Positions 11,641-22,364 of a stretch of DNA of 25,611 nucleotides are shown here, one piece after another. A program made the position numbers and the translations under genes. The stretch covers positions 1 through 25,611 of the forward strand of contig NW_021825600.1 of NCBI RefSeq assembly GCF_006345805.1, in the 5' to 3' direction. This stretch comes from Octopus sinensis (Eukaryota). The notes beneath the pieces were generated by a model that made no database searches, was not told the DNA's origin, and saw only the letters and a list, made by a program, of their open reading frames with translations. Each line of letters starts with the position of its first letter. Positions within the stretch are counted from its first letter, which is position 1.

Positions 11641-12280
11641 ATCATCACTACCAACAACACACACCTCATGAGAAACCAAATATTATGAATCAGATATCAA
11701 TGGCGTTCATTATATATGCGTGTGGTGTGTGTCGATATATAAATATGTATATATAATGTATATATACAAAGTGTATATATCTGTATTTATGTATATTAAA
11801 CTTTTTAATACTTTTGATAGTTATATGTATTTTTAAACAAATTATAAATATAATTTAATAATTTTATTTAAATTTAAATAATTTAAATTTTTCAATTTTA
11901 TATATTTTCTATATTATATTTTTATTTTTATGTTTTTGTTTTTGTTTTTTTTTTGCCTATTAGTGGTTTTATCTCTAATTTAATTTATACATATATATAT
12001 ATAATTTGTATATATAATAATACTATAATTTTTGTCACAAAGTGACTCTAATTGCAGGTAGATACAGGTAAATTCAACAAAATATAAAATTATTAAAATT
12101 TTATAGAAAAGGGGTTATTAGCTAAAATTCAATTGGGTATACAACAAAATTTTACGATAGAATTTGTTATTCTGGGTAACTTTCTGATACCCATAATAAT
12201 ATTATGGCAAAATAGTCTTAATTTCATTTAAGGTTGTGGGAAACCACTAACTATCCTTTCTTTCGCTTTGTTTACATTTA

Positions 12281-12645
12281 GAGGTAACGGTTCGTTTCCG
12301 CCGTAATGATTTCAAATAGGCTCATTCGAAAAAAGTAAAAAGAAATAGTCTAAGGCTTTACTCTCCTGGGAAAGTCTGTGGCTTGGTCAGTGTTTTCAGA
12401 AAAAATCACCGAAAGAAACAGTTTTTCAATTTTCACTCCATTCAGGTGCCAATTCATTTTCTTTAGCCGATGTCGGAGCTCTCGGATTCACTGTTTTCAC
12501 TTTCGAAAAATGAAACATCAGATTCATTATCAAATACCACGTGCTTTTTTTTTTTTTCAGTCATAGAGTTAGATTTATGAAGGTCTTCAGTAGAAAATCC
12601 TTCGAATACTGACTCGCTGCTTGCTATGATGAAATTCGTATCCAT
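12281..12645 (-). pseudogene. piggyBac-like transposase N-terminal relic
   Basis: Acidic N-terminus MDTNFIIASSESVFEGFSTED..., then across frameshifts PSHRLSQESKALDYFFLLFSNE/LFEIITAETNRY (ETNRY at 12284-12298). This is the conserved DYF.LF....FE.I..ETNRYA block of piggyBac/PGBD proteins. Confidence 0.65.
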
Positions 12646-13064
12646 TTTTTGTCAGAATTACAAAGTTTGAAAACACAATAGGAACAAATTTTGGAAAAAA
12701 ATCTCCCAAAATTCACGGAATTAAAATTACACTTCGATTGTTGTACAAAACTGTAGATGAACTGTTTACGAAGTATAATCACGTGTTTTCACGAATGTAA
12801 TAAAGAGATTTGCTCTGATATTCTCATTTAAATATGAATAGGTAAATACGGGTGGGTTTGGGCGGTTTGGTCACATTAACCAAAATTTTTTTCGGGCGGC
12901 TTTGGCAAGTTTGCATGAGAACTATTTTTTTCCTCAAATGAAAGGCGTGACCTCTAGGACAAAATTCCTCATCTTATAAAATGTGGCCCCAGTAGAACCG
13001 AATGAAATCGGGTTATATTAACCAAAAGGTGAAAAGGGGTATAAATGGGGCTGAAAGGGATTAA
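12646..13064 (-). mobile_element. Putative 5' subterminal region and end of the piggyBac relic
   Basis: Ends at GAAAGGGA|TTAA (13061-13064), resembling a piggyBac terminus with a TTAA target. No matching opposite TIR was found. Confidence 0.3.
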
Positions 13065-13617
13065 AATTTAAAGGAGCGAGTGTTTAGGAATTCTCTGTTG
13101 CATCAAGCTAAAACATTTGCGCCAGCCTTTTAATCTTCAATGTGATGAAGATGTTTTGAATGCTTGCCATGGTGAGTCTACTGTCGTGAGAAAGAATCAC
13201 TTCAAAACTTGGTGTTTACGAATTTTCTTTTACATCAAGTTCAAAATTTTACGCCAGCCGTTAAACTGTCCGTCGTTAAGAAATGCCAGTCATGGTGACT
13301 CTACTATCCTCAAATTCTATCCCTTCAAACTTTGATTTGCAATATTTTATTATTTTTATTCAGCTCGCAAGTTCGTCTGTCCCTTTTAAATGTTAGCGTT
13401 TTGCTGTCTGCCTTGAAGCAGACCTTTCCGTTGCCACTGCCTGATATTTATGATTGATCTTTCTAATTATTTTATTTCTCAACTTACTCAAGATCTTTTG
13501 TTGTTTATAAATGGGAGAGAGATAGATAAAGATAGAGAGTAAGAGAAAGCGAGGGAGAGTCCGAGAGAAAAGAAAAGTAAGAGAGTGGGAAAGTGAGACA
13601 GAAACAAAGAGGGAGAA

Positions 13618-13924
13618 TCATCATCATCATCGTTTAACCTCCATTTTCCGTGCTAGCACGGGTTTGACAGTTTGACCGGGGTCTGGGAAGCCAGGTGGCT
13701 GCACCAGGCTCCAGTCTGATCTGGCAGTGTTTCTACAGGTGGATGACCTTCCTAACGCCTACCACTCTGTGAGTGTAGTGGGTGCTTTTTTCGTACCGCC
13801 GGCACAGGTGCCAGGGGGGCTCGCAGCGGCAACGATCGGTTGGTGATTTTTACGTGCCACTGGCACAGAAGCCAGTCAAGGCGGCGCTGCAATCGGCCAC
13901 ATTCGGATGGTGCTTTTTACGTGC
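13618..13924 (-). mobile_element. 5'-truncated SINE/non-LTR element with (GAT)n tail
   Basis: Minus strand has internal repeats of GCACGTAAAAA(G/T)CACC, a GGCGTTAGGAAGG(T)CATCCA block, and ends GGAGGTTAAACGATGATGATGATG, typical of RTE-mobilised tails. The family assignment is tentative. Confidence 0.75.
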
Positions 13925-14121
13925 TGAAAGGAAGCAACAGAAAGTAACAACCACACTCTTACCCGCGCGTAGAGCGGGTCACCTTCAGCTAGTATATATT
14001 ATATATATATAAATAGATGAGTGTATTTTTACCTTGTTAACAATTAATAGCGTTCAGTCAATAGCTATACAAATCCATTATTTTTGGCTAAAATGACTTA
14101 TTGACGAGTTTCGTTTTTTTC

Positions 14122-14207
14122 ACTTTCCTGAAGAGAAGATTGCATTGTTTATACCATTTATTCTTTTGAATAGTATCAGTGGAATTTTCGAAACATGTGT
14201 CGAAAGT
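14122..14207 (+). ncRNA. Type I hammerhead ribozyme HHR-1
   Basis: Stem I ACUUUC(14122-27)/GAAAGU(14202-07). Core CUGAAGA 14128-34. Stem II GAAGAUU(14135-41)/AAUUUUC(14183-89) with G10.1-C11.1. GAAA 14190-93. Stem III ACAUGUGU is self-complementary with G-U pairs. GUC cleavage after 14201. Confidence 0.85.
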
Positions 14208-14253
14208 AAAAATATTTGATTTACACCTGCGTTAAACTCCATTTATTTATTCA

Positions 14254-14303
14254 TATATATATATATATACTACTACTATATATATATATATATATACTAC
14301 TAC

Positions 14304-14336
<33 letters not shown>

Positions 14337-14447
14337 ACGTGTGTGTATATGCGTATATGTATATATAATTATATACGTGTAGTTTTGTGTATGTGTATGT
14401 GTACGTATATATGTGTGTATCTGTGTATATATATATATACATATATA
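14254..14447. repeat. Compound (TA)n/(TAC)n/(TG)n microsatellite
   Basis: Directly visible. Confidence 0.95.
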
Positions 14448-14839
14448 CTAGCAGTATCGCCCGGCGTTGCTCGGGTTTGTAAGGGAAATAACTATATAAG
14501 CATTTATAGAGAGTTACTTCCCTTATATAAACCGAGCGAAAATGCATTAAAAATGCGGAAAAATTATGGTAAATTTTTTTTAAATCGTAGACTCATCGTA
14601 GACGCGAGTTACTTCCCTTATATAATAGCAAAAAAATGCATTAAAATGGGAAAAAATTATGGTAATTTTTTTTTTAATTCGTAGACTCATCGTAGACGCG
14701 CGCTAATACCCAGAAGGGCTCGATATGAATCACGACTATAAGATACCCGCTTTAGGTTAAACTGCACCGCAAAATGTGGAGTAGTTAGGAATCTAAATCG
14801 TAGGAGACAGACACACAACTTCACTTTTATATATAAAGA
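14448..14839 (-). mobile_element. Non-autonomous Helitron
   Basis: Minus strand starts 5'-TC TTTATATATAAAAGTGAAGTTGTGTGTCTGTCTCC and ends in the hairpin CCCGAGCAACGCCGGG followed by CTAG-3'. It is inserted between A and T and has a roughly 95-bp internal tandem duplication (14511-14605/14606-14700). Confidence 0.88.
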
Positions 14840-14840
14840 T

Positions 14841-15586
14841 ATACAAAATTTAAAGGATAGACCACTAAAAGTGGACGGTCAACATGCTAGATATAGACGT
14901 CAAATCGGTATTTTCCACAAAGAATATGTTTCTAGCATGTTGACCGTCCACTTTTAGTGGTCAGTCCTTTAAATTTTGTATGTAAAAATATTTGAATCTT
15001 CGGATTTTTTTAATATGTTGGGCCACTGCTTTTAATTGATTAATATCAATTTCTACCCTTATTAAATTTTAAATTAAATAAATATGTTCTCTAACCGGTA
15101 AATTGACTGCTTCTACTTATTAGCTGCAGGGTGGTTTTTCCGATCTCGTCGCGCCAAAGTGAAGGAATTTGAAAGATACACAAAAATATAATCGGTTGAA
15201 CACCATGCATGCGAGACTCCGGTCAAACGTTTTTGCATCTAGTCCTGCAAATTGTATTTTTATATGATAGACCATGCTGACGAGATTGCAGTTTATCCTT
15301 GCAGATATTAACAATCGAAACTGATCGGTACATGGGTAATCATTTTTATTTCGTATATTTTCATTTGTCTTGCTTATTTTTAATGCTTTGGTTTGTGCTG
15401 AGTTTTTATTTGAGAACATATTCTTTGTGGAAAATAGCGAATTGACGTCTATATCTAGCATGTTGACCGTCCACTTTTAGTGGTCAGTCCTTTAAATTTT
15501 GTATGTAAAAATATTTTAATCTTCGGATTTTATTAATATGCTGGGCCACTGGTTTTAATTGATTAATATCAATTTCTACCCTTATT

Positions 15587-15591
<5 letters not shown>
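14841..15591 (+). mobile_element. Non-autonomous Penelope-like/retrozyme-like element, 523-bp monomer, with 5' inversion
   Basis: 138-bp direct repeats 14931-15068/15454-15591 (period 523). 14841-14930 is the reverse complement of 15415-15504. One hammerhead lies inside, and the element ends in (TA)n. Confidence 0.8.
15272..15335 (+). ncRNA. Type I hammerhead ribozyme HHR-2
   Basis: Stem I CCAUG(15272-76)/CAUGG(15331-35). CUGACGA 15277-83. Stem II GAUUG(15284-88)/CAAUC(15312-16). GAAA 15317-20. Stem III ACUGAUCGGU is a near-palindrome. GUA cleavage after 15330. Confidence 0.87.
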
Positions 15592-15639
<48 letters not shown>

Positions 15640-15665
15640 CATGTGTGTGTTTATGTATGTGTGTA
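15591..15665. repeat. (TA)n then (TG)-rich microsatellite
   Basis: Directly visible. Confidence 0.95.
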
Positions 15666-16152
15666 TATGTTGATTGAGGATGACATGGACTGTATAATAA
15701 CACCGGCTTCCAGACTACCACCAGACGCATTTCTATGTGTGAAAGTAGATAAGTATATAGACACACACGTACATACAGACTTTTAGACTTAGAACATGTG
15801 GCTTAAGACTGCCACCAAATTACCATTCGCCCACTACTATATCGCTCCCCACCCCAGATAATTAAAAATAATTTACGACACTCACCACGGCATCAAAACT
15901 CTAACCCATCATCTCTAACCACCATGTATTCTTCTGTATCTCTTTATTTCTATCTCACTTTATCTTTATGTTCACCTTTTTATTTTTTTATTTTTCGTCT
16001 TTATTTTTCGCTTTTTATCTCTTATTTTTTAAATTTTTTATTTTATTTTATCTTTTACCCTTTATTTCTTGTACCTTTTACACTTTCACAATACATTTCT
16101 AGAATTTATGACCCTATACGTGACGTCCTTTGTATCTTTATATACTTATTTC

Positions 16153-16329
16153 TTCGTCTGTCGTTACGTTGTGAGTTCAAATTCCGCCGTGGTCGACTTT
16201 GCCTTTCATCCTTTCGGGGTCGATAAATAAAGTACCAGTTACGCATTGGGGTCGATGTAATTGACTTAATCCCTTTGTCTGTCCTTGTTTGTCCCTTCTA
16301 TGTCTAGCCCCTTGTGGGCAATAAAGAAA
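16153..16329 (+). mobile_element. 5'-truncated tRNA-derived SINE with 16-bp TSD
   Basis: Same family as 7553-7955. Flanked by TATATACTTATTTCTT at 16139-16154 and 16330-16345. Confidence 0.92.
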
Positions 16330-16696
16330 TATATACTTATTTCTTTACATCTTTACTTTTCTTATTACATTTTTTTATTATATTTTATATTTATTATTAC
16401 CCTTTATAATTATGTTTAAATTTATATATATTTTTTTTTCTTTTTTGTGATCCCAAATTCATTAAAGCTTCACCTTTTCCCCTCCTCTCCTCTTTCTCTC
16501 AACATCCAATTCCTTCCCCTATATGAAGTAATCTACCCAGTATTCAATCTTTACCGAGTGAAGAAACGGTATGGACGATTTGTTTTGGAGTCTCGCAATA
16601 CCTCTGAGGATTTACTTTCCCAATGAAACTCGGTTTTTTCTCAAACTCTTTCTCAAACCTGTTATAATGTGATACAAGTCTTTGGTGAGGTAACTG

Positions 16697-16795
16697 TTTG
16701 CGGCTGAAGAAGGCTTTTGATCTATCTGTTGTATCAACTATGCATTGATATAAGAATTAGTTGTTCAATAAAGCCCGAAACATATGTACCGCAAA
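16697..16795 (+). ncRNA. Type I hammerhead ribozyme HHR-3 (one mismatch at 10.1)
   Basis: Stem I UUUGCGG(16697-703)/CCGCAAA(16789-95). CUGAAGA 16704-10. A10.1-C11.1 mismatch, then GGCUUU(16712-17)/AAAGCC(16770-75). GAAA 16777-80. Perfect palindrome ACAUAUGU. GUA cleavage after 16788. Confidence 0.8.
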
Positions 16796-16890
16796 ATCCT
16801 TTGCGTCCTGTTTTTCTTTTGATACATATATCCTATCACCTATACAGGTGCTTACATTTGTCAAGTATTCACCCTGAATTTATTGTACCT

Positions 16891-17181
<291 letters not shown>

Positions 17182-17526
17182 GTGAAGGCGCATGGCTCAG
17201 TGGTTAGAGCGTCGAGCTTACGATCGTGAGGTTGTGAGCTCGAATCCCGGACCGGGCTGCGTGTTGTGTTCTTGAGCAAGGCACTTTATTTCACGTTGCT
17301 CCAGTTCACTCAGCTGTAGAAATGAGTTGCGACGTCACTGGTGCCAAGCTGTATCGACCTTTGTCTTTCCCTTGGATAACACTGGTGGCGTGGAGAGGGG
17401 AGGCTGGTATGCATGGGCGACTGCTGGTCTTCCATAAACAACCTTGCCCGGACTTGTGTCTAGGAGGGTAACTTTCTAGGTGCAATCCCATGGTCATTCA
17501 TGACCGAAGGGGGTCTTTACCCTTTA
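17182..17526 (+). mobile_element. Full-length tRNA-derived SINE with CORE-like domain
   Basis: A box TGGCTCAGTGG, B box GCTCGAATCCC, tRNA-like head, then TTCTTGAGCAAGGCACTTTATTTCAC...CAGCTGTAGAAATGAG. Tail CTTTACCCTTTA. Confidence 0.9.
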
Positions 17527-17531
17527 TATAT

Positions 17532-18009
17532 AGTAATACTAAGCAATTAAGGGTTTAGCAACGAATTGCCTCACCACACACCGAATTTAGAAATAGCAGT
17601 CAAAGAGTTATAGCTATTCTTTCTACTAAAAGGGAGATCTCAGTAAAAGTTTGGGTAAGGTAGAATTATCTAATTCTTATGCTTTCCTAAAACTTGATTT
17701 CGAAACGTACGTCCGTAGGTGACTTAAAATTGTATGATAGATTGCCGTCATTTCATTCTCTCTTACCTGTCTGTGTTTGCCTTTCAAGTGCTGTGTTTTT
17801 ACTGAGATCTCCCTTTTAGTAGAAAGAATAGCTATAACTCTTTGACTGCTATTTCTAAATTCGGTTGTGTGGTGAGGCAAATCGTTGCTAACCCTTAATT
17901 GCTTAGTATTACTTAAATTTTCCTCGAATGAGGCTTTTACATGCCGAAATCTACTTGGTGTAATTAATAATTATTCCAAATTAATTAACTTCACCCTTTA
18001 TTGTTACTA

Positions 18010-18012
<3 letters not shown>
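17532..18012 (+). mobile_element. Fold-back copy of the HHR-6 family element
   Basis: 117-bp inverted arms 17532-17648/17797-17913. The sense segment 17649-18012 is homologous to the reverse complement of 23826-24195. It retains only the 3' half of the hammerhead (GAAACGTACGTC|CGTAGG, 17702-17719) and ends in (TA)n. Confidence 0.88.

Positions 18013-18071
<59 letters not shown>
18012..18071. repeat. (TA)n microsatellite
   Basis: Directly visible. Confidence 0.97.
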
Positions 18072-18073
<2 letters not shown>

Positions 18074-18262
18074 AATTAGTAAATAAATGGCACAACTAAG
18101 TACCGATATTTACTGGAAATAGCGAACGTAAAAATACGACGCTAATGTGTAGCTTCACCGCGTATGTATTAGCAAAAATGCGTGTGTGCAACAAATTAGA
18201 GAAAAAAAACCGTCTTACCTCCAGGGAGAACATCTGAAAGATGAAACACCCGGAAAAGGATA

Positions 18263-18340
18263 ATGTGGTACCTGCAGGTTTCAGGTTTTACAAGATATGT
18301 CTCTCACCCATATTTTGTTTTACCTTCATCAGCCAAACAT
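18263..18340 (-). ncRNA. Type I hammerhead ribozyme HHR-4
   Basis: Minus strand: AUGUUUGG-CUGAUGA(18332-26)-AGGU...ACCU (A10.1-U11.1, extended by ACAA/UUGU and AUAUG/CAUAU)-GAAA(18282-79). Then the perfect palindrome ACCUGCAGGU(18279-70), GUA cleavage (between 18269/18268), and CCACAU. Stem I is 3+3 bp with a 2-nt bulge. Confidence 0.78.
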
Positions 18341-18520
18341 ATACCAAGACGAAATCTACGATGTTACCACATTAATACTAACACACTCGACTGAAATGCG
18401 GAACGCTAACAGTACGAGAAACGTATATATATATATATATCCTTAAATCCTTAAATCCTTAAAAATGTTTTAGCCTGAAGGCCGCGGCCATGCTGGGGCA
18501 CCACCGCTGAATGAGCTACA

Positions 18521-21515
18521 CTAATATGTGAATCCACCTCTGATACGTGGCACTTGATCAACAAGGGAGTTCGATGCTGCTGCCCGTATCTGCGTCTCCT
18601 GTCGTGAGGTGGGTTCATCTGGGACCCCCGACAAGAAGAGATCCAGTTTAGTTTTAAAGAAACCCACATCCACACCATGTAAGTCTCTCAGGCATTTAGG
18701 GAGGATGATAAAGAGCTGTGGTCCTCTGAGACCCAAGCTGTTTCAGTATCTGGACCTGTATTTTGATGGTGATGTTGGAATCTTTGGCATCATGCAGTGG
18801 CGCCCCGTTCTGCGGTTGGGGTAACTTTGAATGCCAAAGTTTGAGACCAGACCCTCCAGGATTTTCCAGATGTATATCACCGCATATCTCTCCCGCCGCC
18901 GCTCTAGGGAGAAGAGGTTTAATACTTTCAGTCTTTCCCAGTAGCTGGTATTTTGCATTGAGACGATCTTCTTTGTGTAGCTTCTTTGAATTGCTTCGAG
19001 TTCTGCTGTTAGTTTTATATTGTGTGGCGACCATAGTTGGGAGCAGTAGTCCAAGCGGCTGAGGACGAATGTTTTCAGTGTCTCCTTCTCTCTTGTTCTG
19101 AAAGTTCGGAGAATCCATCCAGCTAGCCGTCTGCATTTTATCACCAGATTAGTAAAATGCACTTGGAAAGATGCACCATTGCTCATGTCAATGCCCAGGT
19201 CACGCACTGATTTTGACTCAGGGATTGCAATTCTTCCTGGGCCAGTGTATCCAGTCTTCACGTCGTTTACCTTTGTGTGCCGGTAGCGCAGGGCCTGGAA
19301 CTTACCTGCATTAAACTGCATGTTGTTGTCCTCAGCCCACCTGTATATTGTATCCAAATCCTGTTGCAGATGCACAATATTTTCAGGGTTTTGTATTGTG
19401 TGGGAGACTTTTGTGTCATCTGCATAGCTAGCTAGGGTGGCTATCGTAGCAACTGAAGGCATGTCTTAAAGGGCCACTATGAACAGCAGTGGCCCCAAGA
19501 CAGTGCCCTGTGGAACACCGCTTGTTATTTGTGTTTCCTTGGAGGTGGCTCCATTGCTCATAACTACCTATCTTCTGTCTTTTAGGAAGTTGTGCAGCCA
19601 CTCTCCAAGTTTTCCGCCTGTGCCGAGACCACGCAGTTTGTGACAGATCATACAGTGGTCGACTAAATCAAAGGCTTTTGCAAAGTCGAGATATATTACA
19701 TCCACATTTGAGTCATTTAGTAGCTGTCTTAACACCCAGTCATAGTGTTGCAGGAGCTGTGTTAGGCAGCTTCTACCTGGTCGAAATCCATGCTGGGTGT
19801 CAGACAGCAAGTCATTTTCTTCAAGGAACATGATTAGTTTCTTACGGACTATTCGTTCCATGACTTTGCTGATGTGTGAGGTCAGAGAGATAGGCCTATA
19901 ATTTTTAGCATCTGCTCTGCTACCTCCCTTATGGATAGGGCATATTACCCCCTCTTTCAATTTGACTGGGAGATTACCACTTGCAAGAAAGCTCTGAAAA
20001 AGAAGCTGTAGCGGTTTTGCAAGGGCTCGTTTGCACGATTTGAGAAGGATCGCTGGAAATCCATCAGGTCCAGCAGCTGAGTTTTTTGTCAATCTCATCT
20101 ATGGCTAGTGTGATATCATCATCTTCAATGTTGATGTACTCAATTTTTGCCTCTTTGGCCGCAGGTAAAGTGGCAAAGAATTCTTCTGGGTTGTTTACTT
20201 GCCTGTGTCCTAGAGGTGTAGTGAACACACTTTGGAATTGTTCGTTCAGTATTTCACTTATCCTCGTGGGATTTCCTGTGAGAGAGCCATCTTTTTGGAA
20301 GAGAGGTCCTATTCTCTGGTGCACTGTGGCTGTCTCTTTGGCAAACTTAAAGAAAGCTTTAGGGTTTGATTTTATATTTTCTATTACCCAAGCTTCTTTA
20401 TCTGCTCTCTCCTTTTCATGGGACTGATGCAGGCTTTTCTCAATTTCCATTAGCATTCTCTCGAGCCGAGACTTCTCACCACTTTTGGTGTGCTTGCTCA
20501 AGCGGTTCGCAATCATTGTCCGTCGTCTCATAAGAATCTTCCTTTCTCTGGGGATCCTGTTTTTGCTTTTGTGTGTGCTGGCCCTGCACACTGGGACATA
20601 TTTGTCACATATGGCTTGTATTATGGATATGAAGTGTTTGTGTTTCATGTTAATGTCCGGTGTGGAGAGACATTTAGGCCAATCCTGTTTGAGGATTTCT
20701 TTCTCAATCAACTTCCAGTTTGCTTTATAAAAGTTTAAGTTCGAGAGATGGTGGGTGCTTCGTATAGGCTGTGTGTTTACGGGGGCTTTTGGTCCATACA
20801 TAGACAGCTCTATTATGTTCTGATCCGAGATCATTGTCGGCACCACTTTAACATTATGGATAATATCCATATTGTTTGTGAAGTAGTGATCCAGTATACT
20901 ATCTGCCCTTGTTGGTTGCAGAACTATTTGCTCCATGAAAGAGGCATTTGTGAGATGGAGCAGGGATTCTGCCTGTGCCTGCTGATGGTGTGTCATCCCT
21001 GAGAGCATCTGCCCCCCAGGCCATTCCACATTGGGGAAGTTAAAGTCACCCATGAAGAATACACTGTTGTGTTGTTCAAGGTTGGTGAGGACTTCTCCTA
21101 TTTTTGTTAGGCAGTCTTCAAACATGCTTGAGTGATTTGGGGCATCTGGTGGGCGATATGTAGTGCATATGACGATATTCAGTTGTCTTATGTGTACAAT
21201 TTGAGTGTCACACACTGAGTTTGAATATGACAACAGGACCTATGGCGTGAGGTCATCTCGGATGTACATTGCAACTCCACCATGGCTCCTCCCTTTTCTA
21301 TCTGAGCGTATGACTGCATATTGCGGCATGTGTATTTCTGCATCCCCTATATCGGGTCCAAGATGCGTTTCTGTGAGTGCCATGCATATAGCTTGATTGC
21401 ATGTCACAAGGTCTCTCAGGAATGAGATTTTCCTTTTACAGTTGCCGCGCAGCAGCCCTCCTACGTTCAGTAGAAATATTTTTGTGGTGTGTGTGTTGGT
21501 GTCTGTGGTGGTCAT
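18521..21515 (-). pseudogene. LINE ORF2 (APE endonuclease + reverse transcriptase), disrupted
   Basis: APE motifs LLNVGGL, ALTETHL, GGVAMYI, YRPPD, MGDFNFP, ILDHYFTN, SDQNII. RT motifs AAGPDG, NYRPISLTS, QHGFRPGRSC, LDFAKAFD, GVPQGTVLGPLLF, YADDTK, RDLGI. In-frame stops at 21240, 19568, about 19466 and 18743, and one frameshift near 20090. Confidence 0.95.
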
Positions 21516-21571
21516 CCTGCATCTGTTGTTGGTGGCCTTATGTGGTAGTAGTTCCAGCTTTGTGTTTGTAG

Positions 21572-22364
21572 CTAGGTCAGCTGCTGAACAATGTTTAGTG
21601 CCATGCACAAAAAAGATTGCTGTTCAGCTGCTGCCCTTCTCACATCTGGGTGAAGCTGGCCATTTGTTGGGTTACCGCGCACTACATATCGCATATCGTC
21701 TTTCAGGAGTGGTCAGTGCGCTATTTTTCCTTCTTTTATATGTATCTTTTTCTTTATCTTTTTGTTCTCCCCAAGGGAGGGATTTTTGTCTCGTGTCCGT
21801 GCGGTTTTGGTAGGGCTTCTGATGTGCAAAGCGACAGTTCGCACCTTCGACGCCGTACCATCAGTCCCCCTTCAGGTAGAATTTGCAGATGTTTCTGCCT
21901 TTGCCCTTATAGTTCTTCCTGGGGTTCTTTTGTTTTTTATGAACAGTGTTTGTTTTAGCTTTAATTTTCTTGTCTTTTACCTCCTGTTTCCCATCAATTT
22001 TAGGGTGCTTTTCCCCTTTTGCGGCCATCGCACCTCTTTGGTCTTCAGTTGTGTTGGGAGCTGGACATGTGCCATTGTTTCCCTTTGTTCTAGGTTTCTC
22101 GGTTTTGTCTTTTGTTGGGTCCTGGATGTTTTCTTCATCCTTTTGGCCTTCTCTGGTGCCGTCACCTCCTAGGATGATATCCAGAGTGTCCATGTGTTGC
22201 CTGATTAGAGCGTATGAACGGAGAAATTCTCGTTTCTTTCGCTCTATCTGGGCGGTGGTCCTTGAAAACTCATTGCTCTTCAGCGCCGCTGCAATGATAT
22301 TGTTCGGCGAGTCGCCCTCGGCAATCTTCCAGGCGCGGACGAACAATTGCAACTCCCTCGCAGA

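Noticed and set aside
16596-16640. CTGAGGA...GAAACTCGGTT upstream of HHR-3
   Set aside because: U-U at 10.1/11.1 and no stem I.
10226-16822. Inverted repeat pair 6.4 kb apart as TIRs of one large DNA transposon
   Set aside because: No TSD, the copies are unequal in extent, and they are better explained as independent insertions of the HHR-3 family.
21572-21863. Single fused ORF1-ORF2 reading frame in the LINE
   Set aside because: The two parts are in the same frame but separated by three stops. A shifted frame gives a more plausible ORF1 C-terminus ending at 21572, so the usual two-ORF layout is more likely.
22215-22290. Minus-strand CTGAAGA..GAAA..UC inside ORF1
   Set aside because: Only a 2-bp stem II and a wobble-rich stem I within coding sequence; likely coincidence.
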